From Candidatus Hydrogenedens sp. (GTDB taxonomy: Bacteria; Hydrogenedentota; Hydrogenedentia; Hydrogenedentales; Hydrogenedentaceae), in NCBI GenBank assembly GCA_049968235.1, contig JBMFRC010000001.1:128001-192000 (forward strand): DNA of 64,000 nucleotides, written 5' to 3'. Of this stretch, positions 49,686-60,431 are shown in pieces. The stretch's first letter is position 1, and every line of letters starts with the position of its first letter. The notes under the pieces are model-generated. The model saw nothing but the letters and a program-made list of their open reading frames with translations, ran no database searches and was not told the origin of the DNA. Position numbers and translations under genes: made by a program.

Positions 49686-52600
49686 TTACTGCATGTATCC
49701 GGTGGCTTTTAACTGTTCAATTAGTTCCTGAGGTAAGGTTGTCTGTTCAGGTACTTTTTTATCAGTCTGTTCTTCTTTGTTTCTTTTCACCATATCCATT
49801 AACTGCAATAAATCCTGTTTTATAATTAAATAATCATTATTGGTGGACAGGTTATTTTTTTCTTTGGGGTCTTTTGATAAAACATACAGTTCTTCGGGTT
49901 TTAAGCCACGAGGATTGTCCGGATTGGCAAGGATAAGTTTTTGGTCTTTTCTTCGTATTGATTGCATAATTTGCCCTTCAGTCTCATTTTCCGCCCATGA
50001 AATAACTTCTTCGTGCTTTATGATTTTCCCATCCTTTGATAGTAAAGGTTTACCTGTAAATGTTTTGGGTTGCGTTATCCCGGCTATTTCTGTCAAAGTT
50101 GCGGATAAATCAATATGACGCACCAATCCCTCTACTTTTTGATTGGTATTAATCTCTTCAGCATAGACATCCGGAACTTTTATTATTAATGGGACATGTA
50201 GCATTTCTTGATATAGGGTAAAACCGTGCCACCAACCTTGATGGTCTTCAAATTCTTCTCCATGGTCAGCGGTAAAAATGACATAAGAATTACTTAAAAG
50301 ACCACGCTTCTCAAGTTCATTTAAAAACTTCCCAAAATATTTATCGAGATATTCAATTTCTGCAATATAGGCATCTCGCATAAGGGGAGTTAAATGACTT
50401 TTAGGAGTATTTCCTAATAAAGCACGAGGATAAAAAGTTTTTTTCTCCGGATGAAAATATGGGTCATGGGTATCCATATAATGAAGAACTAAATAGAAAG
50501 GATGCTCTTTAAACGAACGATTATCTATCCATTGCAAGGCTTCCGATGTTACAATCTCTGCGGGTTGATAATACTCTCGCACATCTGGTGGTTTGTTTAA
50601 TATTTTTAAAATAATTGATGAAATTTTTCCATAAACACGTCGCAGTATTTCGTAAATTGTTAACCTGGCACTGGAATCCCCGGCAAAAAATACCCGCTTC
50701 GGTTGTAATTCTGTATATTCAATAAAACCTTTATTAAAACCAAACAAGGAATGCACATTGGGATTATTTGCAAACCCTTTGGTAAGGTAACCATTTTGGG
50801 ACAGGACATCTGCCACAGTAGGCAAATTTGAATTAATAATGGCATTTTTGGTCGTTGCATAATGTTGTGATGGGATGACACCTGTATAAATCGAAGCAAA
50901 GGCTGGTTTTGTCCATGAAGAGTGAGAATTGCAATCTTTAAATAAAATAGATTTTTCTATAAATTTATCTAATTCAGGGGTCTTTGTCTCTATATCCGGG
51001 TTATATGCGGGTAAATAATCAGCCCGGAGTGCATCCGCAATAATGAGGATTATATTGGGTGAATTGGGATGAGCATCTGCAAGTGAAACCCGATTTTCTT
51101 TTTTCCCTCCTGATGGAACAATAGATATATAGCATGCACCCAGAAAAAAAGGTAAGAAAAGACATAGAATAATTACGACATAAAAAAACTTTTTTGACCT
51201 GCGAGATAGGTAAAATAAAACGATATAAAATACTGCTGAAAAAATAAGCATAATCCCTAAGTAATAACAACTTAATGGTAGGAATACCTGATATGAAACA
51301 GGTTTCTGGAGTAAAATATCCCGCCAATATCGCCATAGAACCAGAACAAATCCGGTGGATAACAATGTTGCAGATACAGAAACTACATAGATAAAAAGTG
51401 AAGAGGGAAATTTTTTTATCAAGAGAGGGAACCATCCTCCTATAAAAATCCCTATACCTAACCCGATACCTGCGCAGGTTATACCATACATTAAAGGTCC
51501 CCACCACAGCATTTGATATTCATGAAGGTTTGTAAATTTGTATATTATCCATAAAGATTCTACAAACCCACAGAACGCTCCTGCAGAAAAACCACCGATT
51601 ATCCCATATAAAAGATTCCTAAAAATCTGATTCCGCATTGCAAGTAATTCCTGAGGGTTGAATTGTTGTGGCAAGCCCGTTGTAAAAGTAGCCTGCGATT
51701 GGATATTAGACATCTGTTTCTGTATTTCTTCTTTTTGGGGTCGCTTCCGCAAGACAAGGAAAGGAAGACCTATCAGAAAAGGAATCACATCTCCAATCCA
51801 CCAGCCTAAATGAGCAAAAGCAACTACCTTCAATGTGTTTTCTTTTCCCCCTAATAATGTGGCAAATACAATTTCACGAATCCCTTCTCCACCGACCGAA
51901 GGTCCCAAAACAGTTCCATAAATCATCAACGGACTTGCAAATAACACATCCCACAAACTTGTATTTTCAGAACGCAATGCCATCATTGTCCCGAAATACA
52001 TAAGACAAGCACTTAGATGAACAAATAAACCACATAATATCGCCAGTAATAAATATTTGCGGTGTCCAGCATAAGCAGTAGCGGAACTCCCTAATCGATT
52101 TAAGATATTCTTAATTTTTTTAGGTATTGGAACCGCATATAAAATAATCTGAATAATATAAGGCTGGAGTAACAGAGATAAGAAAAAAAGCACAGCAAAC
52201 CCCAAAATCATCAGAATAATTATAAGAAATAGCGTGTTAAACCGCAGTAAACGAAATCCGAGTGGAAAGGTCAAAAACACAAGTGTTGTCAGTGATATAA
52301 ATCCAATAATTTTTTCAATAAATATAACCGTAGCACAACGGATAACATCGCCTGTATATCTTACAGAATCATACAAGCGATAACCATCTAGACCAATTGT
52401 ACTGGGAAGGAAAATGCCAATGGTTCTGCCAATAAACCAACTTTGAGTCATATAAGTGAACGGCATGTATAAATTCTGACCGTTTAACAGGATTTTCCAT
52501 CGGACAACTCCACTCATAATCCCAGCCAGGCGTATAAGTAATGCAAATAAAACCCATGGAAGAGCATGGGATAAATTTAATGAACGGATTTCATTGATTA

Positions 52601-52748
52601 GGGCACCAGGTTTTACCCCTCCGAATGTATCCTCAGATAAGCCAAAAGTTTCTGGCCAGAAAAGTAACACAAAAAGACCTATCGTAACACTTGCCTTTAA
52701 GAGGATAGATATCATTCGCTTCATGAAGCATGAATTTCCTTGTATCAA
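49686..52748 (-). CDS. polytopic membrane protein fused to a C-terminal sulfatase-like (alkaline-phosphatase superfamily) domain
   Basis: The N-terminal roughly 550 aa has many TM helices (flippase / LPG-synthase-TM-like). The C-terminal domain has NIILIIADALRADYL, SHSSWTKPAFASIYTG and TADHGEEFEDHQGWWHG, which are sulfatase / LtaS-like metal-binding motifs. Confidence 0.6.
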   Translation of the reverse strand: MIQGNSCFMKRMISILLKASVTIGLFVLLFWPETFGLSEDTFGGVKPGALINEIRSLNLSHALPWVLFALLIRLAGIMSGVVRWKILLNGQNLYMPFTYMTQSWFIGRTIGIFLPSTIGLDGYRLYDSVRYTGDVIRCATVIFIEKIIGFISLTTLVFLTFPLGFRLLRFNTLFLIIILMILGFAVLFFLSLLLQPYIIQIILYAVPIPKKIKNILNRLGSSATAYAGHRKYLLLAILCGLFVHLSACLMYFGTMMALRSENTSLWDVLFASPLMIYGTVLGPSVGGEGIREIVFATLLGGKENTLKVVAFAHLGWWIGDVIPFLIGLPFLVLRKRPQKEEIQKQMSNIQSQATFTTGLPQQFNPQELLAMRNQIFRNLLYGIIGGFSAGAFCGFVESLWIIYKFTNLHEYQMLWWGPLMYGITCAGIGLGIGIFIGGWFPLLIKKFPSSLFIYVVSVSATLLSTGFVLVLWRYWRDILLQKPVSYQVFLPLSCYYLGIMLIFSAVFYIVLFYLSRRSKKFFYVVIILCLFLPFFLGACYISIVPSGGKKENRVSLADAHPNSPNIILIIADALRADYLPAYNPDIETKTPELDKFIEKSILFKDCNSHSSWTKPAFASIYTGVIPSQHYATTKNAIINSNLPTVADVLSQNGYLTKGFANNPNVHSLFGFNKGFIEYTELQPKRVFFAGDSSARLTIYEILRRVYGKISSIILKILNKPPDVREYYQPAEIVTSEALQWIDNRSFKEHPFYLVLHYMDTHDPYFHPEKKTFYPRALLGNTPKSHLTPLMRDAYIAEIEYLDKYFGKFLNELEKRGLLSNSYVIFTADHGEEFEDHQGWWHGFTLYQEMLHVPLIIKVPDVYAEEINTNQKVEGLVRHIDLSATLTEIAGITQPKTFTGKPLLSKDGKIIKHEEVISWAENETEGQIMQSIRRKDQKLILANPDNPRGLKPEELYVLSKDPKEKNNLSTNNDYLIIKQDLLQLMDMVKRNKEEQTDKKVPEQTTLPQELIEQLKATGYMQ

Positions 52749-52947
52749 TATTAAACAAAATATAAATAATATGTTAAAGGATACTAAATCATAAACATTT
52801 TACTCAATTTTATGAAATTTACAATTACTTTATAATAACGACTGAAATTCGGATAGGTTGCGAAGTTTCAATATCTTTGAATACAATCTAACATACTTTT
52901 CCTTAAACTATATTGAACAAATTCAAACAAAAATTTAAGAGTTTTCA

Positions 52948-54387
52948 GTGTCTTCTCATTTACAAACATCTCAAATAAAGTGGAAAATATCTTGCTCCCT
53001 TCTGAAAAAGGTTCTGGAAACAATTCGTTCTCGTCGCATTCCGGAAGGGAAAATTGGATATGTTTATGTTCCTGTTGATACTCCTTATAATCTTCTGGAA
53101 GAATTGTCCTCAATTCAAGGGGTGGGTAGATATTATTGGGCATCAAAAGATGAACCTTGGGAAATGGCTGGCTGGGGTGAAGCAGATGTCATCGTTGCGG
53201 ATGAAGAAATCTACGATTTTTCATACACTTCAGTTATTCAGAAAATTGCAAATCGTTTATCATACAACTATCCGACAGTCCGATATTATGGAGGATTTAA
53301 GTTTCTACCTTTAGATAATCGTGGAAACCGTTGGAAATCATTTCGTGCATATCGTTTTGTGGTCCCACGAATTGAGTTATTGCGAACAAACACAGAAATG
53401 TATCTCATAATCAATATTATGGGAGGAGATATTGAGTATGAGTTAGAACAAATCAACTCTATTCTGGGTGCTCTCGATTTATGGATTCGGGGAGATACTC
53501 CTGAACAAACTGAACAGGAACCTATTTCTTTTCATCACCGCTTGGATTGCCCCTCAAAAACAGAATGGATAGAACTTATACGACGCACACTATCCCAAAT
53601 TGAGGCAGGTGTGTTTGATAAAGTAGTTTTAGCAAGAGAAACCACATTTGAAGCCAATCGTAGAATTGACCCTGTTCTTCTCTTAAAAGCAATGGTTGAA
53701 AATTACAGCCAGTGCTATCGTTTTTGTTTTAATCCTATACCGGAAAGAGGTTTTATTGGACTATCCCCTGAACGACTCTATAAAAGATTAAGCACTTATA
53801 TTGAAACAGAAGCATTAGCAGGAACTATTGCACGTGGTAAGGAAATAAATGAAGACGAATATCTAAAATCTTTGTTAATGAATAGCCTCAAGGAACGCAA
53901 AGAACATGAGATTGTCGTGAATATGCTGAGGACAAATATGGAGCGATTGTGTTCCACTTATGAATATGATGAGCATCCTAAAATAGTCTCTTTGCCCATA
54001 GTGCATCATCTCTATACCCATTTTAAGGGGATATTGCAACCTTTAGTAGGAGATGAAGAAATTTTAGAACAACTACATCCAACACCGGCTATAGGTGGTT
54101 ACCCACGAGGTTCGGCATTAGAGTGGATTAAGCAGGAAGAGCCTTTAGACCGTGGCATTTATTCCGGACCGGTCGGTTGGATTTCATATAGTTCTGCAGA
54201 ATTTTGTGTGGGAATTCGTTCTGCACTATTGCAAGGAGATAAAATATCTTTATATTCCGGAGCAGGAATTGTTAAGGGTTCTCAACCTGAAGCGGAATGG
54301 AATGAATTGGAATATAAAATTATGGGTTATCTAAATGTACTAACAAAAAGGAATCCTTACGAGAAGTGTATTGGAGAAAAACAATGA
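52948..54387 (+). CDS. menF: isochorismate synthase (menaquinone pathway)
   Basis: Chorismate-binding C-terminal domain with PTPAIGGYPRGSALEWI, GIYSGPVGWIS and SGAGIV motifs. Its TGA overlaps the menD ATG (ATGA). Confidence 0.8.
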   Translation: MSSHLQTSQIKWKISCSLLKKVLETIRSRRIPEGKIGYVYVPVDTPYNLLEELSSIQGVGRYYWASKDEPWEMAGWGEADVIVADEEIYDFSYTSVIQKIANRLSYNYPTVRYYGGFKFLPLDNRGNRWKSFRAYRFVVPRIELLRTNTEMYLIINIMGGDIEYELEQINSILGALDLWIRGDTPEQTEQEPISFHHRLDCPSKTEWIELIRRTLSQIEAGVFDKVVLARETTFEANRRIDPVLLLKAMVENYSQCYRFCFNPIPERGFIGLSPERLYKRLSTYIETEALAGTIARGKEINEDEYLKSLLMNSLKERKEHEIVVNMLRTNMERLCSTYEYDEHPKIVSLPIVHHLYTHFKGILQPLVGDEEILEQLHPTPAIGGYPRGSALEWIKQEEPLDRGIYSGPVGWISYSSAEFCVGIRSALLQGDKISLYSGAGIVKGSQPEAEWNELEYKIMGYLNVLTKRNPYEKCIGEKQ

Positions 54388-56168
54388 CTTCTATCATCCC
54401 ATCACCCAATATGAATCATCTATGGGCAAGATTATTAGTTGAGGAACTTTATCGAAATGGAGTAAATGGTTTTTGCATTTCCCCCGGGTCTCGTTCTACC
54501 CCTCTGGCTCTGGCGGTATCACGACAAAAAGAGACTGTTCATCACATTCATGTGGACGAGCGTGGTATGGGCTTTTATGCATTAAACTGGGCAAAAACAC
54601 TGGGGAAACCTATTGCTTTAATCTGCACTTCCGGTACCGCTGTTGCAAATTATTTTCCATCTGTAGTTGAGGCATCTCTATCACGGGTACCCCTGATTAT
54701 TCTTACCGCAGACCGTCCACCGGAACTTTTACAATGTGGAGCCAATCAGGCTATTGAACAGTCCGATATTTTTGGGAATTATGTCCGCTGGTCATTCACT
54801 CTGCCCTGTCCGGATTCCGCCATTACTCCTACCGTTGTATTAACTACCGCAGGACATGCAGTATATCAATCCTGTCGACCTCCTGCGGGACCTGTTCATA
54901 TCAATTGTATGTTTCGCGAACCCTTAGAACCTATCGAAATAGATGGGGATATTCCTGAAAATTACACACAACCTTTTGATAACTGGTTAGCGAATAAAAA
55001 ACCTTTTACTCGCTGGAATTTGCCCGAACCCAGACTTACAACAGAACAGGAAATCTTTGTTCTGGACAAAATAGAAACTGTTCGGGAAGGGCTTCTTATA
55101 ATAGGAGAATTACGCAAAGAACAGGAAATCAAGTCCGCCTATAATCTGGCTCAATCACTGCACTGGCCTGTATTCCCGGATGTTACTTCGGGTTTGCGGT
55201 TGGGCAACAAAACAAATTTTTCTGTCCCTTATTATGACCAGATGCTCCTTCTTCCCGAATTTTCAGAAAAATTCAATCCTAAATTCATATTACATATAGG
55301 TGGAACTATTACTTCAAAACGGCTCCTTGAATTTTTAGAAAAGAAACGACCTGAATATATGCTTGTAACTGACCACCCATTACGCACAGACCCTATCCAT
55401 CGTGTTACCTATCGCTTTGAAACGGATTTGAGTTCTTTCTGCTCATGGTTAGCACCTGCTATGCGACGACGAGATGTTTATCCATGGGGGTCGGAAATTG
55501 TTGAATGGTCTCAAAGGATAGAACAGGTTATAGACACATGGACAGAGAAACAGGGGAACCTGAATGAAATTACTGTTGCTCGATACATATCTCAATGGAA
55601 ACCTGTCGAATCAGATTTATTTTTGGGTAATAGTATGCCTATTCGTGATGCGGATATGTACGGTTCTATCAACGGGACAGGAGGATTGGTTTTTGCAAAT
55701 CGTGGAGCCAGTGGAATTGATGGTACCATTGCAAGTTCTGCAGGCTTTTCTTTTGCCCGCAAACGAATTGTTACTGCCGTTATTGGAGACCTGTCTGCTC
55801 TTCATGACCTTAATTCCATACCTTTGTTATCCTGCGACGGCGTAAAAGTAATACTAATTATCATTAACAATGATGGAGGTGGAATATTTTCGTTCCTTCC
55901 TATTTCTGCATATCCCGAAACATTCGAAAGATACTTTGGTGTTCCTCACGGTTACCATTTCGGGAATGTTGCCAAGATGTTTGGGATTGACTATTCCATC
56001 GTTCAAACACTTAATGAATTGAAAAAAACCTATCAAAACGCCCTAAAAAAAGATGTATCAAAAATTATTGAAGTTTCGACTAATCGTCCTGAGAATCTAA
56101 AACTTCACAAAGAATTACAATATCAAATAAAAAAAGAACTCATAAAACTCATTCAAAAAAATAACTAA
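54384..56168 (+). CDS. menD: 2-succinyl-5-enolpyruvyl-6-hydroxy-3-cyclohexene-1-carboxylate synthase (ThDP-dependent)
   Basis: N-terminus NHLWARLLVEELYRNGVNGFCISPGSRSTPLA. The ThDP-binding GDLSALHDLNS...NNDGGGIF region is present. Start taken at the Met overlapping the menF stop; the ORF track gives 54366. Confidence 0.85.
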   Translation: MTSIIPSPNMNHLWARLLVEELYRNGVNGFCISPGSRSTPLALAVSRQKETVHHIHVDERGMGFYALNWAKTLGKPIALICTSGTAVANYFPSVVEASLSRVPLIILTADRPPELLQCGANQAIEQSDIFGNYVRWSFTLPCPDSAITPTVVLTTAGHAVYQSCRPPAGPVHINCMFREPLEPIEIDGDIPENYTQPFDNWLANKKPFTRWNLPEPRLTTEQEIFVLDKIETVREGLLIIGELRKEQEIKSAYNLAQSLHWPVFPDVTSGLRLGNKTNFSVPYYDQMLLLPEFSEKFNPKFILHIGGTITSKRLLEFLEKKRPEYMLVTDHPLRTDPIHRVTYRFETDLSSFCSWLAPAMRRRDVYPWGSEIVEWSQRIEQVIDTWTEKQGNLNEITVARYISQWKPVESDLFLGNSMPIRDADMYGSINGTGGLVFANRGASGIDGTIASSAGFSFARKRIVTAVIGDLSALHDLNSIPLLSCDGVKVILIIINNDGGGIFSFLPISAYPETFERYFGVPHGYHFGNVAKMFGIDYSIVQTLNELKKTYQNALKKDVSKIIEVSTNRPENLKLHKELQYQIKKELIKLIQKNN

Positions 56169-56375
56169 ATATATAAACAATACTATTTCCCTTTGTAGAC
56201 ATACTGAATAATAGATGCTATCTTCATATTTATTTGTCCCGTCCATTCCATCTGCATCATCTATTATATTTACCTTATTATTTAGCCTTATCTACACCAT
56301 TTTACCTATATTCATTTTGTAACTTTAAAACAAATCATTTAAAATCTATAAAACTACAATCAATCAAATACAAAC

Positions 56376-57302
56376 TTGCGAAAGGAAACTAAAATGATAA
56401 CAAGCGACGATTTATCTCGTAGACGATTCTTATATGCCAGTGGTTCTTTTGTTTTAGGTTCAACCTTACTCCAAAAAAACCTTCTAGCACAATCGGGAAA
56501 CAACACTTATCCCCGCCTAAAAAAAGCCGTTCAGTGGAATAATCTTCCCAAAAATTTATCCGAATCTGACCGTTGTAAATTAGCTAAAGATTGTGGCTTT
56601 GATGGTATCGAGATACCTCCCTTTACTGACAATAATGAAGCAAACAAAGTTCTAGAATCTGCACAAAAAAATCAATTAGAAATTCATTCCATTATTTACG
56701 GTGGCTGGGATAAGCCTTTATCACACCCCAATCCTTCCGTAGTAGAGGAAGGAAAACAACGCATTAGCAACGCATTGGAATTGGCGAAACATGTTAGTGC
56801 CAGCACCGTGCTATTAGTCCCTGCGGTTGTTAATGAACAGGTTCGCTACCAGGAGGCGTGGGAACGTTCCCAACAGCATATTCGCGAATTGATTCCTGTA
56901 GCAGAAAAAAATCAAGTTATTATCGCGGTGGAAAATGTTTGGAACAAATTCCTTTTAAGTCCTTTAGAATTCCGTCAATATATTGATGAAATAAACAGTC
57001 CTTTTGTTCGTGCTTACTTCGACATGGCAAATGTAGTGATATTCGGCTACCCCCAGGATTGGATACGAACCTTAGGCAATCGCATTGTAAAACTACACAT
57101 AAAAGACTTTAAACGCAATGGTTATCAATGGTGTAATTTGCCTTACGAAGGGGATATAGATTTTGCAGAGGTTCGATTAGCCTTGAATGAAGTAGGTTAT
57201 ACCGGTTGGGTTACAGAAGAATTTCCTGCTGGAGATGAGAATTACTTAAAAGAACTTTCTCGACGGATAGATTTGTTCATCCAGGGAGCGAAAAAACCGT
57301 AA
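56376..57302 (+). CDS. Tat-exported sugar-phosphate isomerase/epimerase (xylose-isomerase-like TIM barrel)
   Basis: Twin-arginine signal SRRRFLYASGSFVLG. TIM-barrel (AP endonuclease 2 / xylose isomerase-like) motifs, including VENVWNKF and HIKDF. Confidence 0.6.
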   Translation: MRKETKMITSDDLSRRRFLYASGSFVLGSTLLQKNLLAQSGNNTYPRLKKAVQWNNLPKNLSESDRCKLAKDCGFDGIEIPPFTDNNEANKVLESAQKNQLEIHSIIYGGWDKPLSHPNPSVVEEGKQRISNALELAKHVSASTVLLVPAVVNEQVRYQEAWERSQQHIRELIPVAEKNQVIIAVENVWNKFLLSPLEFRQYIDEINSPFVRAYFDMANVVIFGYPQDWIRTLGNRIVKLHIKDFKRNGYQWCNLPYEGDIDFAEVRLALNEVGYTGWVTEEFPAGDENYLKELSRRIDLFIQGAKKP

Positions 57303-57778
57303 CTTACTATCAGTTTTTATGTGTAAATTATAGAAACATCCACCTATATTATTTCCATACCAGAAATTACCCTGGCTAGTAACAATTTTTTTGAGATAAA
57401 TCTTTTTTAACCTCTTAACGCTCCCGTTACAGAAAACTTTTTTCTGCAAAAACAGAGACACTCTCATCACTTGTTGCATTACAGAAATGGGCATTTTATC
57501 CTCGATTATTTTTAGTCATTCACAGGAATAATTTATAGAAACAACAACTCACTCCTAAGACTGGAATGAAGCCCCTCCGGTTTTAATGACAAACAACTTA
57601 AAGGCTAAATATGCAGACTTGCTATTCCGTCAGTATGGTTATATATATAATTTGGATAATATTGGGAAGGAATTTTAATATTCTGTATTCTTAAATGATT
57701 TTAATATTCTTTTTACTGTAAAATAATACCCTTGTAGTTCCATTAAAAAAAAACAAAAAACAGAGAAGGATATGTTTT

Positions 57779-58645
57779 ATGCAAACTGCAATGGTTTTTG
57801 CTCCACATGCGGATGATGCGTCTGCATTTTGTGGAGGAACACTGGCAAAATGGAGTGCAAATGGCTGGAATATTATATTAATACGGGTAACAGATGATGC
57901 GCGGGACTCTGTAGGATTAACGATGGAGGAAACGAAACGATGTAATCGGGCTGAATTGGAAAAGTCATGTAGCATTTTAGGAATTAAGGAGATTGTAGAT
58001 CTGGATTTTCCAACTGATACTCTGGCTGATATACCTTTGACAAAGTTACGTGAACGATTTGTATATTTAATTCGTAAGTATAAACCGTATGCCATTTTCT
58101 CATTTGACCCCTATGCTCATTTTGAACCAAATATGGACCATGTTCGTGTAGCAAGGGCTGTGGAAGAAGCCCTCTGGGTATCCTGTTTCGAGCTTCATCA
58201 TCCGGAACATTTTCAGGAAGGGCTGGAACCTTTTTCGGTGTGTGAACGGTGGTATTTTGCTCGATATTTAGAAAAGATTACCTGTGCAGAAGACATAACA
58301 GAATTTTTCCCTCAAAGGGTTCAGGCTCTTTCTGCACATAAAACAATGTTGCGGAATATATTAAATCAGTTTCGTCTTCAATTGAAGACATGGGGGTATC
58401 GTGTACCTATCATTGAAGAGGCTTATACAGGTGATTATAGTGCTCTTCTGGAACAGGTGGTTTATATGCAATGTTCACAAATTGCAGAAGAATGTGGTAT
58501 GCCGGAAGGGACATTGGCGGAAGGTTTTCGTGTAGACCGTTTTGGCGATATGGAAGCATTTTTTCAGCAGTTTGCAGAACCCCTCAAAGATATTCCTCAG
58601 GGACCCAAAAGGGCTTTTTTAGATAAATATTGGCCTGATAATTAA
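57779..58645 (+). CDS. PIG-L/LmbE-family N-acetylglucosaminyl deacetylase
   Basis: N-terminal MVFAPHADDASAFCGGTLAKW (AHPDDE-type motif) and downstream HxDH region (HFEPNMDHV). Confidence 0.75.
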   Translation: MQTAMVFAPHADDASAFCGGTLAKWSANGWNIILIRVTDDARDSVGLTMEETKRCNRAELEKSCSILGIKEIVDLDFPTDTLADIPLTKLRERFVYLIRKYKPYAIFSFDPYAHFEPNMDHVRVARAVEEALWVSCFELHHPEHFQEGLEPFSVCERWYFARYLEKITCAEDITEFFPQRVQALSAHKTMLRNILNQFRLQLKTWGYRVPIIEEAYTGDYSALLEQVVYMQCSQIAEECGMPEGTLAEGFRVDRFGDMEAFFQQFAEPLKDIPQGPKRAFLDKYWPDN

Positions 58646-58791
58646 TTCTCAATACATTCTGGGAAATAAAACGAAAATATTTTATAAGGGCTTCGTCGTC
58701 AGAAAATTGATTCTAATCGTTTTGATAGTGGCTTTTGTTTGTATTTTTTAGTATGTATAACGGTGTTTGATAGAATGTATAACAACAAGAA

Positions 58792-60417
58792 ATGTTCGGC
58801 AAAGGTTTATTGCAAATGTCAAAACTACATATAATAAATTTGTTATTCCTCTTGGGTATATTGTTTCCTTCTTTTGTTCTTAATTCCCAGCAAACATCAC
58901 CCGTTGTTCATGATGCTAATTCCAATCCTTTAGGAATACATTTATCCCGTAAGGTACCAAGGGAATATAATCCGGGAAATCCATTAGAAATTGTTGTTAA
59001 CATATATTGTGATGCTCCAGACCCAAATTATCCTGTTACTGCAATAGGTTTATATGAAATGTTACCTGCGGACTGGACTTTTATAGGTATGCGTGGGATA
59101 ACAACAGAACCCCCTCCAATAGCACCCGCACAAGGCACAGCAGGCACTTTACAATTTGCATGGATTACACCTCCAGCATTTCCCTGCACTTTCGCTTACA
59201 CGGTTCAGGTCCCGGAAGGGGCTGTTGGTGTTAAAACATTCTCCGGACAGGTTGAATATCGAACGAATGGACCCCGGCTGGTATCACCACCGGAAATAAC
59301 TGAAATTAATGGAATAGACCGTGTTCCACCTGAAATCTCGCTTCTGGGTGATAATCCATATACAGTATACCAGGGTACCGAATATCGTGAACCCGGTTAC
59401 AAAGCCACGGACAATGCAGATGGAGACATCACTTCCCGTGTTCAGGTAAGCGGAAATGTGGATACAACTCAACCCGGAGAATATACCCTCACATATACTG
59501 TGCGGGACAATGCGGGCAATAATTCATCAGCGAATAGAATTGTTCGTGTATTAGAACGGGAAACACAAACACCGACTTCCGGGGGAACTGTAACAACACC
59601 TGTCAGCGGAGGCTCTGTTATCGCACCTACACCGGTCCCAACAACACGCATCAATCGACCTACTCAGACAACGACAAATCAACAACAGGCTCCACCTACA
59701 GCAACCGTTCCCACATCAACAAGTAAAACACAAACACAAAAACCCGAAGAGGTTACTTTCCCAAGACCTGATTTACTGGCAGGTAACTTTGTAAAACCCA
59801 ATTATCAGGGAAGTAATACATCAAAAACGACCCTGCCTGGGGGAAATCTCACAAAACCAAACCTCCCCAAAGAACTCCGTAAGCCTCAAGGAATAGCCAG
59901 TGGACAACCACTAAAACCGTTTGAAATACCTAAAGAAATTAGAGGGGGGGCCAGACCTCCTTCAACTTTTGAAAAAAATAAAATCCCTACAACTGTTGGA
60001 GCAAAAACAGCGGAGAAAAAGCCATCGGAAATTACAGGGAATACGATTCCTATTGCGACAAAACCTCCTACAGACCATATCGAGCAAACACCGAAACAAG
60101 ATTTTGTAATAACTACCGGAACTGAAACATCTGCATCATTAGCAAGTAAAGAAAATACAAGCCCTCTCGAAATGGCACCAATAAAAATGAATAGTGGTGG
60201 CACAGGAAGTTTACCATCATTTTTAGGTGGATTTACAGATTGGTGGACAAACAAAACACAAACAGAACGACGGAATTTGATTGGAATGTTGGTTTTGCTG
60301 GGACTGTTAACTTTGCTCTGCTTTATAACGGGGAGAACTGCTTATCAGGGAATAACTCCGCAACCTCGTAAAAAGAAGGAAGAAATAGTAAAAACAGAAA
60401 CCGGTGTGGAAAATTAG
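58792..60417 (+). CDS. cell-surface protein with Ig-like (DUF5011-like) domain, Pro/Thr-rich stalk and C-terminal TM anchor
   Basis: Signal peptide. Ig-like segment PPEISLLGDNPYTVYQGTEYREPGYKATDNADGDITSRVQVSGNVDTTQPGEYTLTYTVRDNAGN. Long PT-rich low-complexity region. C-terminal TM LIGMLVLLGLLTLLCFITG. Confidence 0.5.
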   Translation: MFGKGLLQMSKLHIINLLFLLGILFPSFVLNSQQTSPVVHDANSNPLGIHLSRKVPREYNPGNPLEIVVNIYCDAPDPNYPVTAIGLYEMLPADWTFIGMRGITTEPPPIAPAQGTAGTLQFAWITPPAFPCTFAYTVQVPEGAVGVKTFSGQVEYRTNGPRLVSPPEITEINGIDRVPPEISLLGDNPYTVYQGTEYREPGYKATDNADGDITSRVQVSGNVDTTQPGEYTLTYTVRDNAGNNSSANRIVRVLERETQTPTSGGTVTTPVSGGSVIAPTPVPTTRINRPTQTTTNQQQAPPTATVPTSTSKTQTQKPEEVTFPRPDLLAGNFVKPNYQGSNTSKTTLPGGNLTKPNLPKELRKPQGIASGQPLKPFEIPKEIRGGARPPSTFEKNKIPTTVGAKTAEKKPSEITGNTIPIATKPPTDHIEQTPKQDFVITTGTETSASLASKENTSPLEMAPIKMNSGGTGSLPSFLGGFTDWWTNKTQTERRNLIGMLVLLGLLTLLCFITGRTAYQGITPQPRKKKEEIVKTETGVEN

Positions 60418-60431
60418 TAGATACGAAAGCA

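Noticed and set aside
51019-51507. 162-aa minus-strand ORF in an alternate frame
   Set aside because: It is nested inside the 1020-aa membrane/sulfatase-like gene in a different frame, with Cys- and Tyr-rich nonsense-like composition.
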